Below are positions 46,809 through 56,082 of a stretch of DNA of 64,000 nucleotides, one piece after another. The stretch is from Bacilli bacterium. GTDB taxonomy: Bacteria; Bacillota_I; Bacilli_A; RF39; UBA660. Every line of letters begins with the position of its first letter. Position 1 is the first letter of the stretch. A model generated the notes under the pieces. The model made no database searches and had not been told where the DNA came from. It saw only the letters and a program-made list of their open reading frames with translations. The DNA lies in contig JAFRHI010000027.1 in assembly GCA_017433415.1 (NCBI GenBank), forward strand, positions 20,615 to 84,614. Reading direction: 5' to 3'. The translations under genes and the position numbers were made by a program.

Positions 46809-47438
46809 TTAGTATAAAAGAGTAATTCTTCGACCATTGGTTTTGATAAAGCCTTCTTTTTTTAAGCTACTTATTTCTCTAGTCATGGCACTTCTATCAA
46901 CAGATAAATAATTAGCTAATTCTGTATATGATAGAGGAATAGTAAATATTTTACTTCCTTTACTTTGTGATTGAATTTTAAAATACTCTAAGATTTTATC
47001 ACGAGTAGTTTTTTTTGTTAGAATCTCGATTCTATTATTTTTTGCTTCTAATTGTTCACTTAATAATTTAATTAGATTTTTTATGAAAATGATGTAAAAG
47101 TCATTTTTAAATATTTCATCATTTGTAATTTCTGTATACTCAATGAAGGTTATTTGTGTTGGTTCTTTAGTGATGCAACTTACTTCTTCATTTTTAATGT
47201 AGGATGTTAAACTACCAAATATTTCACCGCTACTAAGTTCATCAATAATAGTTTTATTACCTTCATAATCACTAAAAGTTAGTTGGACACTACCAGTGTC
47301 AATTAAAGCAATAAAGTTATCTTGATTTACATTTGACAGTACATTGACATTTTTACGATAATTTATGGTGTTAGCTTTTAAAATTCGTTTTAATTTCTCT
47401 ATATTTTTGTCATTAATATTTTCAAATAAATTAGTCAT
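46809..47438 (-). CDS. Crp/Fnr-family transcriptional regulator
   Basis: cNMP-binding-like N-domain; C-terminal HTH SYTELANYLSVDRSAMTREISSLKKEGFI. ATG at 47438 (MTNLFENI...) is preceded by agaggtg; the track start 47495 is probably too long. Confidence 0.8.
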   Translation of the reverse strand: MTNLFENINDKNIEKLKRILKANTINYRKNVNVLSNVNQDNFIALIDTGSVQLTFSDYEGNKTIIDELSSGEIFGSLTSYIKNEEVSCITKEPTQITFIEYTEITNDEIFKNDFYIIFIKNLIKLLSEQLEAKNNRIEILTKKTTRDKILEYFKIQSQSKGSKIFTIPLSYTELANYLSVDRSAMTREISSLKKEGFIKTNGRRITLLY

Positions 47439-47479
47439 TTTTACACCTCTAAAAATTATTTTATCAAATTCTGTAAAAT

Positions 47480-47493
47480 GTTGCAAATGCAAC
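47480..47493. promoter_or_regulatory. perfect 14-bp palindrome GTTGCA-AA-TGCAAC in the crp-like/nrdD divergent region
   Basis: Read directly; candidate operator. Confidence 0.3.
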
Positions 47494-47557
47494 AAATATA
47501 ATTATAATTAATGTTCTATAATCAAATTGTAATTTAAAGATAGGGAGAATTTAGATT

Positions 47558-49747
47558 ATGAAAGTAATAAAAAGAGATGGGCATATTGTCGATTGGTGTC
47601 CTGAGAAAATTGAGGAGGCTATTAATAGAGCTAATTTAGAGGTTGAAGAAGAAGAAAAGGCATCTTCAATCCAAATAAAAAATATTATTAAGTATATTGA
47701 GGGTTTAGGTAAAAAAAGAATTTTAGTTGAAGATATTCAAGATATTATTGAAATTAAATTAATGGCTATTGGAAAGTATAGCTTGGCTAAAAAGTATATT
47801 ACATATCGCTATACTAGAGAATTAGTCAGACGTAGTAATACTACTGACCAATCTATTAAGGAATTAATTGATGGAGAAAATGAGTATTGGAATACTGAGA
47901 ATTCTAATAAAGATGCTAAAGTAGTTACTACGCAGAGGGATTATTTAGCAGGTATTACTAGTACGGATATTACAAGACGTTTTTTATTACCTGAAGATAT
48001 AGTTATGGCTCATGATGATGGAATTATACATTTCCATGATGCGGATTATTTTGCTCAAAACGCATTACATAATTGTGATTTAATTAATTTAGATGACATG
48101 TTACAAAACGGTACTAATATGAATGGGGTAATGATTGAAAAACCGCATAGGTTTTTGACTGCTATGACAATTGCAACGCAATTAATTACAGCTGTTACTT
48201 CTTCACAGTATGGTGGAGCAACTATTACCCTTACGCATTTGGCTCCATTTGTAAGATTAAGTCGGGAATTTTATGAGAAGAGGTATAAAAGACGTAAACT
48301 TACTAAAGCGCAAGTTGAAAAATTTGTAAAAGAAGATTTACAGAAGGAAATAACTGATGGTGTTCAAACTTTTCAATATCAGATTAATTCACTAACAAAT
48401 ACTAATGGGCAAGCTCCGTTTTTAAGTGTTAATATGTATTTAGGTGAGACGGAAGAATATAAAGAAGAACTTGCGATGATTATTGAAGAGTTTTTAAAGC
48501 AAAGAATCCAAGGAATGAAAAATGAAAAGGGAGTTTATGTTACTCCAGCTTTTCCTAAGCTTTTATATGTCTTAGAAGAGGATAATATTAAAGAAGGATC
48601 AAAATATTATTATTTAACTAAATTAGCAGCAGAGTGTACGGCAAAAAGAATGGTTCCTGATTATATTTCTGAAAAAGTAATGTTGGAATTAAAGAAAAAT
48701 GAATTTGGTGAAGGAGAATGTTATCCATGTATGGGATGCCGGTCATTTTTGACACCAGATAGAAGTATTAGTTTAGGAAATATTGCTAAGGCAAAGAATT
48801 ATGTTCCTGGTAAGGGTAAATATTATGGTAGATTTAATCAGGGTGTTGTGACAATAAATTTAGTCGATGTTGCTTTGACTAGTGACAAAGATATGGAGCT
48901 TTTTTGGAAGATTTTTGATGAGCGATTGGAGCTTTGTCATCGGGCGTTAAAGATTCGTCATAAACGTCTTTCAAAGGTTACTAGTGATGTGGCACCAATA
49001 CTTTGGCAACATGGTGCACTTGCAAGATTAGAAAAAGGTCAATCAATACATGAATTATTACATCATGGATATTCAACACTTTCTTTGGGCTATGCTGGTC
49101 TTTATGAATGTGTTAAGTATATGACAGGACATTCACATACTGATAATGGTCAAGGTAAAGAATTTGGTCTTCAAGTTATGCAGCACTTAAATGATGCTTG
49201 TAAAAATTGGAAAGAAGATGAAGATATTGATTATTCGGTATATGGTACTCCTATTGAATCTACTACTTATAAATTTGCAAAATGTTTGAAAGAGAGATTT
49301 GGTGTTATTAAAGGAATTACAGATAGGGATTATATTACTAATAGTTATCATGTACCTGTATTTGAGGAAATAGATGCTTTTACTAAATTAAAGCTAGAAA
49401 GTGAATTTCAAAAATTATCTCCAGGTGGGGCTATTTCATATATTGAAACAGCTGATTTACAAAGCAATTTAGATTCTGTATTAGAAGTAATTAAATTTAT
49501 TTATGATAATATTATGTATGCTGAACTTAATACAAAGTCTGATTATTGTCAAGAATGTGGTTATGATGGAGAGATATTAATTGATGAAAATTTAGAATGG
49601 TATTGTCCTAATTGTGGCAATAGGGATCATGATAAGTTAAATGTTGCTCGTCGTACTTGTGGTTATATTGGATCTAATTTCTGGAATAAAGGTCGAACTC
49701 AAGAAATTAAAGAAAGAGTAATTCATTTGGATAATAAGGATTTATAA
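47558..49747 (+). CDS. nrdD: anaerobic ribonucleoside-triphosphate reductase
   Basis: ATP-cone N-terminus; Cys4 CQECGY..CPNCG; glycyl-radical motif RRTCGYIG. Confidence 0.95.
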   Translation: MKVIKRDGHIVDWCPEKIEEAINRANLEVEEEEKASSIQIKNIIKYIEGLGKKRILVEDIQDIIEIKLMAIGKYSLAKKYITYRYTRELVRRSNTTDQSIKELIDGENEYWNTENSNKDAKVVTTQRDYLAGITSTDITRRFLLPEDIVMAHDDGIIHFHDADYFAQNALHNCDLINLDDMLQNGTNMNGVMIEKPHRFLTAMTIATQLITAVTSSQYGGATITLTHLAPFVRLSREFYEKRYKRRKLTKAQVEKFVKEDLQKEITDGVQTFQYQINSLTNTNGQAPFLSVNMYLGETEEYKEELAMIIEEFLKQRIQGMKNEKGVYVTPAFPKLLYVLEEDNIKEGSKYYYLTKLAAECTAKRMVPDYISEKVMLELKKNEFGEGECYPCMGCRSFLTPDRSISLGNIAKAKNYVPGKGKYYGRFNQGVVTINLVDVALTSDKDMELFWKIFDERLELCHRALKIRHKRLSKVTSDVAPILWQHGALARLEKGQSIHELLHHGYSTLSLGYAGLYECVKYMTGHSHTDNGQGKEFGLQVMQHLNDACKNWKEDEDIDYSVYGTPIESTTYKFAKCLKERFGVIKGITDRDYITNSYHVPVFEEIDAFTKLKLESEFQKLSPGGAISYIETADLQSNLDSVLEVIKFIYDNIMYAELNTKSDYCQECGYDGEILIDENLEWYCPNCGNRDHDKLNVARRTCGYIGSNFWNKGRTQEIKERVIHLDNKDL

Positions 49748-50241
49748 TGAATTATAATAAAATTAGGAAAATGGATATTTCAAATGGACCTGGTGTAAGA
49801 GTATCTGTTTTCTTTCAAGGGTGTGCTTTTCACTGTAAGAATTGTTTTAATAAGGAAACATGGGATTTTGAAGCTGGGAACTCTTTTGGTGATGAGCAAA
49901 TAGAAGAAATAATTAAATTAGCAGAACCAGGGCATATTAGTGGTTTATCAATATTAGGTGGTGAACCAATGCATCCTAAAAATATTGAAAATACTACTAA
50001 ACTTGTAAAAAGATTTAAAAAAAGTTATCCAAATAAAACTATTTGGGCTTGGTCAGGATTTTTGTTTGATGATTATTTAAAGGATAAAGAAGTTGTTAAT
50101 TATTTGGATGTTTTGGTGGATGGTCAATTTGTAGATGAGCTTCGTGATCCTAGACTTAAATGGAGAGGGTCTGCTAATCAAAGAGTTATTAATGTTCCAG
50201 AATCGTTGAAGAAAAAAGAAATTATACTTTATTGTGATTAA
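49747..50241 (+). CDS. nrdG: anaerobic RNR activating protein (radical SAM)
   Basis: GCAFHCKNCFN cluster motif; ATGA-type overlap with nrdD. Confidence 0.9.
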   Translation: MNYNKIRKMDISNGPGVRVSVFFQGCAFHCKNCFNKETWDFEAGNSFGDEQIEEIIKLAEPGHISGLSILGGEPMHPKNIENTTKLVKRFKKSYPNKTIWAWSGFLFDDYLKDKEVVNYLDVLVDGQFVDELRDPRLKWRGSANQRVINVPESLKKKEIILYCD

Positions 50242-50253
50242 TAGGAGGTAGTT

Positions 50254-50712
50254 ATGAAAGTTAGGGGATTTGAAATTGCAAAAGACTGGGAAGATAAAGA
50301 TATTCATCTTCCTGTTAGAAAGACTAAGTATTCTGCAGGATATGATTTTGAAGCAGCAGAGGATATTGTTATTCCTAGTTTTAAAAAGGGTACTAATCCC
50401 GTTTTAATCCCAACAGGGATAAAAGCTTATATGGCTGATGATGAGGTTCTATATATTTATAATAGAAGTTCTAATCCAAAGAAAAAGGGATTAATTCTGG
50501 CTAATTCTGTTGGGGTAATTGATAAGGATTATTATGGTAATCCTGATAATGATGGTCATATTATGTTTGCTTTTTTTAATATAAAAGATGAAGATATTAC
50601 TATAAAAAAGGGAGAAGCAATAGGTCAAGGAATATTTTCAAAGTATTTAGTTATTGATAGTGATATGGCTAGTGGTGAAAGAAAAGGTGGTTTTGGATCT
50701 ACTGATAAGTAG
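50254..50712 (+). CDS. dut: dUTP diphosphatase
   Basis: SAGYDF..., IPTGIK..., SVGVIDKDYYG..., GGFGSTDK. Confidence 0.85.
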   Translation: MKVRGFEIAKDWEDKDIHLPVRKTKYSAGYDFEAAEDIVIPSFKKGTNPVLIPTGIKAYMADDEVLYIYNRSSNPKKKGLILANSVGVIDKDYYGNPDNDGHIMFAFFNIKDEDITIKKGEAIGQGIFSKYLVIDSDMASGERKGGFGSTDK

Positions 50713-50774
50713 GTCCTTTTAGTTGCAATTTCTTTTAAAATATGATATAATATGCTTCGCAAAGAGGGGATAGT

Positions 50775-51779
50775 ATGAAGAAAATATTTAATACTAAATT
50801 AATTGCTGGTTTGCTTGCTGCTGGACTTACTTTTACCTTATCTGGTTGTAAAGCTGGAAGTATTAAGGATTGGTTTCCAACTGAAGTAACTTCAGAAGAG
50901 ACAACTTATGATTTACCTGAAGTTAGTGCAGAAATTATTTATGAAACACCAGAACCAGAGGTTGAAGTTACAGAAGTGCCTGTACTAGTTGAACCAGTAG
51001 AGACACCATTTGAAATCAAGGACAATTATTTAGTCCCAGCAGTTAGAACTACTACTTCTGTTAATGTACGTAGTGCTAGTAATACTGAATCAGAAGTATA
51101 TACAACTTTAAATCCTGGAGAAATTTTACCTATTTTTTCTAAATTAGATAATGGTTGGTATGCTGTTAGTTATAATGACCAAGTAGGGTTTGTTTGTGGC
51201 GACTATGTTAATGAGACTTATATTATTAATAAAGATGTGTTATATAATGCTTGTTTAAATAGAGATACATATATTTATGATGAAGTTGGTAATGTTGTTG
51301 CAAATGTGCCATGGTTAGAATTTATAAAAATATATGATGAAGATGATAATAGATATTTTGTTCAATGTGCAGATAATATTGGTTATTTATCTAAAGAAGA
51401 TGTTACTGTTTTAACTGGTACTTATGCAGTTGTTGATATTAGTGATCAAAGACTTGATTTATATAATAATACTAATAAAATATTAAGTACTCCTGTAGTT
51501 ACTGGGAAGGATTCTACGCCATCTGATCTTGGTTTATTTGATATAGATCTTAAGGGTATTGATGTAATACTTAGAGGTGCTGACTATGAATCACATGTTA
51601 ATTATTGGATGCCTTATAATGGTGGAGAAGGACTTCATGATGCAACATGGCGTGATTCTTTTGGTGGAGATATTTATCACTATGGTGGTAGTCATGGTTG
51701 TATAAATATGCCTCTTGAAAAAGTAGCTGAGGCTTATGGTTATCTAAATGTTGGAGATAAAGTTTTAGTAAAGAGATAG
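50775..51779 (+). CDS. L,D-transpeptidase lipoprotein with SH3b-like domain
   Basis: Lipobox LTFTLSGC; SH3b-like VNVRSASNTESEVYTTLNPGEILPI...GWYAV; YkuD motif GGSHGCINMP. Confidence 0.85.
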   Translation: MKKIFNTKLIAGLLAAGLTFTLSGCKAGSIKDWFPTEVTSEETTYDLPEVSAEIIYETPEPEVEVTEVPVLVEPVETPFEIKDNYLVPAVRTTTSVNVRSASNTESEVYTTLNPGEILPIFSKLDNGWYAVSYNDQVGFVCGDYVNETYIINKDVLYNACLNRDTYIYDEVGNVVANVPWLEFIKIYDEDDNRYFVQCADNIGYLSKEDVTVLTGTYAVVDISDQRLDLYNNTNKILSTPVVTGKDSTPSDLGLFDIDLKGIDVILRGADYESHVNYWMPYNGGEGLHDATWRDSFGGDIYHYGGSHGCINMPLEKVAEAYGYLNVGDKVLVKR

Positions 51780-51800
51780 TTCTAGTTTTTGGAACTTTTG

Positions 51801-51828
51801 TCGAATGAGTAGACTCATTCGATTTTTT
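51801..51828 (+). terminator. rho-independent terminator; its 5' arm contains a TGTCGAA (Spo0A-box-like) heptamer at 51799-51805
   Basis: tcgaatgagt-ag-actcattcga followed by T6. Confidence 0.65.
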
Positions 51829-51856
51829 GTTTTATTCTTTTTTTGAAAGGAGGAGA

Positions 51857-52477
51857 ATGGAAGAAGTTTTAGACTATGAAGGGTTAATATATAGTATTAT
51901 AAGTAAATATCCTAAAAGATTTGATAGAGATGATTTATATCAAGTTGGAATGTTGGGCTTAATCGATGCTTATAAGCATTTTGATAGTAGTTATGAAACT
52001 AAATTTTCTACATTTGCTTATTACTATATAGTAGGAGAGGTCAACAAGTATATACGAGAAAGTAGTAGTTTAAAAGTTAGTAAGAATTTAATTGATTTGA
52101 AGAAAAAAATTATTTCTGCTAAAGAAATAATGGCACAAAGATTAGGAAGGGAGCCTACTAATTTAGAAATTTCTTTATATTTAGAAGTGGATGAAGAAAT
52201 GATTGATATGGCTATTCTTGCGACAGATGAAGTTGATTCTCTGGAGAATAGTATATATGATGTAGGAAAAACTTATGATAATACGAGTGCAGAAGTATTA
52301 GATTTAAAAAATGAAATTATGAAGCTTCCTTTAGAAGAGAGAAAACTAATTATTGCAAGATATTTTGATGAACTTACGCAAAGTGAAACATCTAATATTT
52401 TAGGTATTAGTCAAGTACAAGTTTCTAGGAGTGAAGCTAAAGTATTAAAGAAACTTAAGGATAATTTAATTGCTTAA
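51857..52477 (+). CDS. sporulation-type sigma-70 family factor (SigF/SigG-like), N-terminally short
   Basis: DDLYQVGMLGLIDAYKHFD, FSTFAYYYIVGEVNKYIRE, C-terminal HTH TQSETSNILGISQVQVSRSEAKVLKKL. ATG 51857 follows aaaggagg; lies directly upstream of spoVAC-AD-AE, as sigF does in clostridia. Confidence 0.7.
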   Translation: MEEVLDYEGLIYSIISKYPKRFDRDDLYQVGMLGLIDAYKHFDSSYETKFSTFAYYYIVGEVNKYIRESSSLKVSKNLIDLKKKIISAKEIMAQRLGREPTNLEISLYLEVDEEMIDMAILATDEVDSLENSIYDVGKTYDNTSAEVLDLKNEIMKLPLEERKLIIARYFDELTQSETSNILGISQVQVSRSEAKVLKKLKDNLIA

Positions 52478-52529
52478 GTTTTTTTGTATGGTATTTTTTA
52501 TTTTGGATAAACTATTTTTAGGTGATGAA

Positions 52530-52973
52530 ATGAGAAATACTAAATATGACAAAATAGCTAATTTACATAAGGCACCAGAGAATAGATTAAAAAATGCTAT
52601 TATTGCATTTTTTTCTGGTGGAGTAATGGGGTTTTTAGCAGAATTAATAATAGAAGTTTTTTGTATGTATTTACATATTTCAAGAATAGATTCAGCTACT
52701 TTAATGATAATGTTTTTTATTTTTATGGCGGCTTTTTTAACAGCTATAGGTATTTTTGATAAGCTTGTTCAAGTGTTTAAATGTGGTCTTTTAATACCAA
52801 TAACAGGATTTGCTCATTCAATTACTAGTAGTTGTTTAGATAGTAAGAGTGAGGGTTTAATTTATGGAATTGGTTCTAATGCTTTTAAATTAGCTGGTTC
52901 GGTGATTTTATATGGAGTAGTTTCGGCTTGGTTTTTTGGAATGATAAGATTTATTGTTGGAGGGGTAGGATGA
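52530..52973 (+). CDS. spoVAC: stage V sporulation protein AC
   Basis: Four-TM protein of ~147 aa, with a basic N-terminus. Context with spoVAD/AE; ATG 52530 preferred over the track start. Confidence 0.75.
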   Translation: MRNTKYDKIANLHKAPENRLKNAIIAFFSGGVMGFLAELIIEVFCMYLHISRIDSATLMIMFFIFMAAFLTAIGIFDKLVQVFKCGLLIPITGFAHSITSSCLDSKSEGLIYGIGSNAFKLAGSVILYGVVSAWFFGMIRFIVGGVG

Positions 52974-53962
52974 CTTTTTATTATAAACATGTTTATTTAG
53001 ATGATACAGCAACTATAGTTGGACCTTATGAAAAGAAGGGACCTCTTCATAAGTATTTTGATAAGACTTATAATGATTTATATTTTGGGAAATCTTCTTT
53101 CGAAAAAGCAGAAGTGAAATTAGTTAGAGATGCTCTTGTGATGTTAATGAAAAAGACTGGTTTAAAAAAAGAGGAAATTGATTTAGTTATTGGTAGTGAT
53201 TTACTTAATCAAATAACGGCTTCTACTTATGGTTGTAGTGGTGTTGGAAAAAGTTTTATTGGTGTATATGGTGCTTGTAGTAGTAGTGTGTTAGGAATGA
53301 TTATTGCGGCTAATTTTATTGAAGCAAGATTTATAAATAATGCTTTTTGTATAGTGTCATCACACAATATGACAAGTGAAAAGCAATTTAGGTATCCGAC
53401 AGAATATGGAGCATTAAGACCTAATAGTGCAACATTTACTGCGACTGGGGCAGCTGCTAGTTGTTTAACTTATGAAAAAACTAAAGTTAGGATAGAAGCG
53501 GCTACTTTAGGAAGAATTATTGATTATGAACAAAATGATCCAAATGATATGGGTAGAGTAATGGCTCCAAGTGCTATAGATACTCTTGTTACGCATTTTA
53601 ATGATACAGGAAGAACTCCAGAGTATTATGATTTAATTCTTACTGGTGATTTAGGAAAGTATGGGATGGAAATTGTAAAAGATTATTTAAAAGAACTTTA
53701 TCAGATTGATATTTCTAATAATTACAATGATTGTGGAGTTATGCTATATAATCTTAGAGAAGAAAAAGAGGTTAAAGCAGGAGGTAGTGGCCCAGTATGT
53801 AGTGCTTTAGTTGCTTATGGTTATGTTTTTGATTTATTAAAAAAGAAAAGAGTAAAACGTGTTTTACTCTTGGCAACAGGAGCTTTGTTTTCACCATTAT
53901 TTGTTTATCAAAAAGAAAATATTAATTCTATTTGTCATGCGATTAGTTTGGAGGCGATTTAG
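52970..53962 (+). CDS. spoVAD: stage V sporulation protein AD (thiolase-like fold)
   Basis: ...IGVYGACSSS...; ~330 aa. ATG 52970 follows ggagg and makes an ATGA overlap with spoVAC. Confidence 0.8.
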   Translation: MTFYYKHVYLDDTATIVGPYEKKGPLHKYFDKTYNDLYFGKSSFEKAEVKLVRDALVMLMKKTGLKKEEIDLVIGSDLLNQITASTYGCSGVGKSFIGVYGACSSSVLGMIIAANFIEARFINNAFCIVSSHNMTSEKQFRYPTEYGALRPNSATFTATGAAASCLTYEKTKVRIEAATLGRIIDYEQNDPNDMGRVMAPSAIDTLVTHFNDTGRTPEYYDLILTGDLGKYGMEIVKDYLKELYQIDISNNYNDCGVMLYNLREEKEVKAGGSGPVCSALVAYGYVFDLLKKKRVKRVLLLATGALFSPLFVYQKENINSICHAISLEAI

Positions 53963-54313
53963 ATGCTTTTATTAAATTCCTTTTTGTTTTGTGGATTTAT
54001 TTGTTTAATATCACAGATAATACTTGATAATAGTAAATTAACACCTGGTCATATAACATCAATACTAGTTGTAATCGGTGCCTTTTTGGATTCTTTTGGT
54101 ATTTATGATTTTTTAATAAAAAAAATTGGCGGTGGAGCACAATTACCAATATTAAGTTTTGGACATTCTTTAGTGCATGGTGCTTTAGCAAAAGCTAATA
54201 ATGTTGGTTTTTTAGGATTGTTTACTGGTATGTTTGATTTATGTGCAGCTGGAATAGCTGCAGCTATTATTTTTGCTTTTATTTTTACTATTATTTTGCG
54301 CCCAAAAAATTGA
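53963..54313 (+). CDS. spoVAE: stage V sporulation protein AE (SpoVAEb-type)
   Basis: 116 aa membrane protein; GGGAQLPILSFGHSLVHG. Confidence 0.75.
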   Translation: MLLLNSFLFCGFICLISQIILDNSKLTPGHITSILVVIGAFLDSFGIYDFLIKKIGGGAQLPILSFGHSLVHGALAKANNVGFLGLFTGMFDLCAAGIAAAIIFAFIFTIILRPKN

Positions 54314-54377
54314 TTATTTTGACTATACAAAAAAGCTCTTTTTGGTTTATAATATTAGTTAGAATAGAGGTGAGTTT

Positions 54378-54566
54378 ATGTATTTAGTATATAGAATATT
54401 AATTATTATACTTATTATTTCTTTTATTACTGGTATTTTAAATATTATATATGAACATAAACATCGCCTGAAGAAAGAATCTAATAATCTTGATGATGTT
54501 GAGCAACTATCTTTAGAAGATAATTCTATAAATGAGGTTGTAGTAGATGATGAGGAAGTTATATGA
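54378..54566 (+). CDS. small membrane protein
   Basis: 62 aa; SD agaggtg; TM; ATATGA overlap with the sortase gene. The overlapping minus-strand ORF 54359..54613 is rejected. Confidence 0.45.
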   Translation: MYLVYRILIIILIISFITGILNIIYEHKHRLKKESNNLDDVEQLSLEDNSINEVVVDDEEVI

Positions 54567-55549
54567 TAAAAAGAATTGTTAATTTCTTCAAATATATTTA
54601 TGAAACAACGCAACTTGGTTTTTATTATATATGTTTAGTTTTATCTAAAGGATTCTTCTTCTATTTCTATTTATTATTCTATTTATTTGAAAAAATATTT
54701 CATATTAGATTTTTTGAAAATATTAAAAACTTTTTTAAAAGAATACAAAATGAACCTCTTTATTTTTTGGTATTAGTATTTATTTGTACTTCATTTATTT
54801 TTTATCAAAATTATTTATATGTTGATAATAATGATATTACTTATGTTGATACTGATATTGTTAATAAGGATGGTGAAGAAAAAACTGATTCTCCGCCACA
54901 AGAATATATGGATGAACCAGGTAGAGATCCAAATGGTGGATACAGCAATAATGAAACAAATTTATATCGTAAATATGGTAAATATGATATAAATAATCTT
55001 AATTTTGATGAACTTAAGGCAACTAATGGTGATGTTGTTTGTTGGATTACTGTTGATGGTACTAATGTTAATTATCCTGTTGTTCAGACAGCAGATAATG
55101 ATTATTATTTAAAGCATGATATTTTAAAGAATTATCGTTCTAGTGGTTGGGTATTTATGGATTTTAGAAATGAAATAGATCTTACTGATAGTAATACAAT
55201 CTTTTATGGACATAATTTACTTAATAAAACTTCTTTTGGTAGTTTGCAAACTTTATTTACTGATAAATGGTTTAATAATTCTAATCATTATATTGTTGTT
55301 ACAACACCTACAGGGAAATATGTGTATGAAGTATTTTCTGTTTATACGATAGAACCAGAGGTTTATTATTTACAAAATAATTTTTATCTTGATGAAGACT
55401 ATCAGAATTTTCTTAATACGTTAAAATCTAGATCTAAATATAACTTTAATGTTGATTTAAATATAAATGATAGAATAATTACTTTATCTACTTGTACAGA
55501 TGATAATTTAGGTAGAAAAGTATTTCATGCTAAATTAATTAGTAGTTAA
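54563..55549 (+). CDS. sortase (class B-like), chromosomal
   Basis: 328 aa; N-terminal TMs; NTIFYGHN; IITLSTCTDD. Confidence 0.75.
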   Translation: MIKRIVNFFKYIYETTQLGFYYICLVLSKGFFFYFYLLFYLFEKIFHIRFFENIKNFFKRIQNEPLYFLVLVFICTSFIFYQNYLYVDNNDITYVDTDIVNKDGEEKTDSPPQEYMDEPGRDPNGGYSNNETNLYRKYGKYDINNLNFDELKATNGDVVCWITVDGTNVNYPVVQTADNDYYLKHDILKNYRSSGWVFMDFRNEIDLTDSNTIFYGHNLLNKTSFGSLQTLFTDKWFNNSNHYIVVTTPTGKYVYEVFSVYTIEPEVYYLQNNFYLDEDYQNFLNTLKSRSKYNFNVDLNINDRIITLSTCTDDNLGRKVFHAKLISS

Positions 55550-55551
55550 AA

Positions 55552-55578
55552 AAATATCCACAATTTCTGTGGATATTT
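55552..55578. terminator. bidirectional terminator between convergent genes
   Basis: aaatatccaca-atttc-tgtggatattt. Confidence 0.6.
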
Positions 55579-55880
55579 TAATTTATTTTAGATATTTCAA
55601 TAATTTTTTCCATATCATCGTCTTTGGCGATGATGTTTTTATGTTCTTGCTTACATGTTTCACATTTATAAATAATTTTAAAAGTATCCTTGTATTTTTC
55701 AATACCTATAGGTTTTAGTAATCCAAGACAAGTATTTTGTCTATCTCCGGGATTTATATCAACATGTTTTGAATAAAGGCAATAAGGGCAATGATCACGA
55801 GATGAATATATTAATGGTTCTACTTTTTTATGACAGTTTTCACAAATAAAGCCTTCATCTAATTCATTAAATCTTTTCAT
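55578..55880 (-). CDS. RNHCP domain-containing protein
   Basis: 100 aa; CENC...SRDHCPYC...HVD...C..C zinc-binding pattern. Confidence 0.7.
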   Translation of the reverse strand: MKRFNELDEGFICENCHKKVEPLIYSSRDHCPYCLYSKHVDINPGDRQNTCLGLLKPIGIEKYKDTFKIIYKCETCKQEHKNIIAKDDDMEKIIEISKIN

Positions 55881-55973
55881 AAACTCACCAAATTCATTAT
55901 AGCATTATAGTTTGGATTTGACAAAAGTAACACATTTTGTTAGGATGTTGTTTAGTGAGGAGATATAAATAAT

Positions 55974-56061
55974 TTGTTTTATGAGCTATCTCGGGTATAA
56001 TAATACTTACACAAAGCAATTTGGAGTCACGAGAATAGATTCGTGATTTTTTTTGTCACGA
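55974..56061 (+). promoter_or_regulatory. promoter plus short attenuator-like leader
   Basis: ttgttt-16-tataat (55974-56001). tcacga (56027-32) / tcgtga (56041-46) hairpin + T8. A second tcacga (56056-61) could pair alternatively with tcgtga. Confidence 0.3.
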
Positions 56062-56082
56062 ATTATGAAAGGAGGTTTATTT

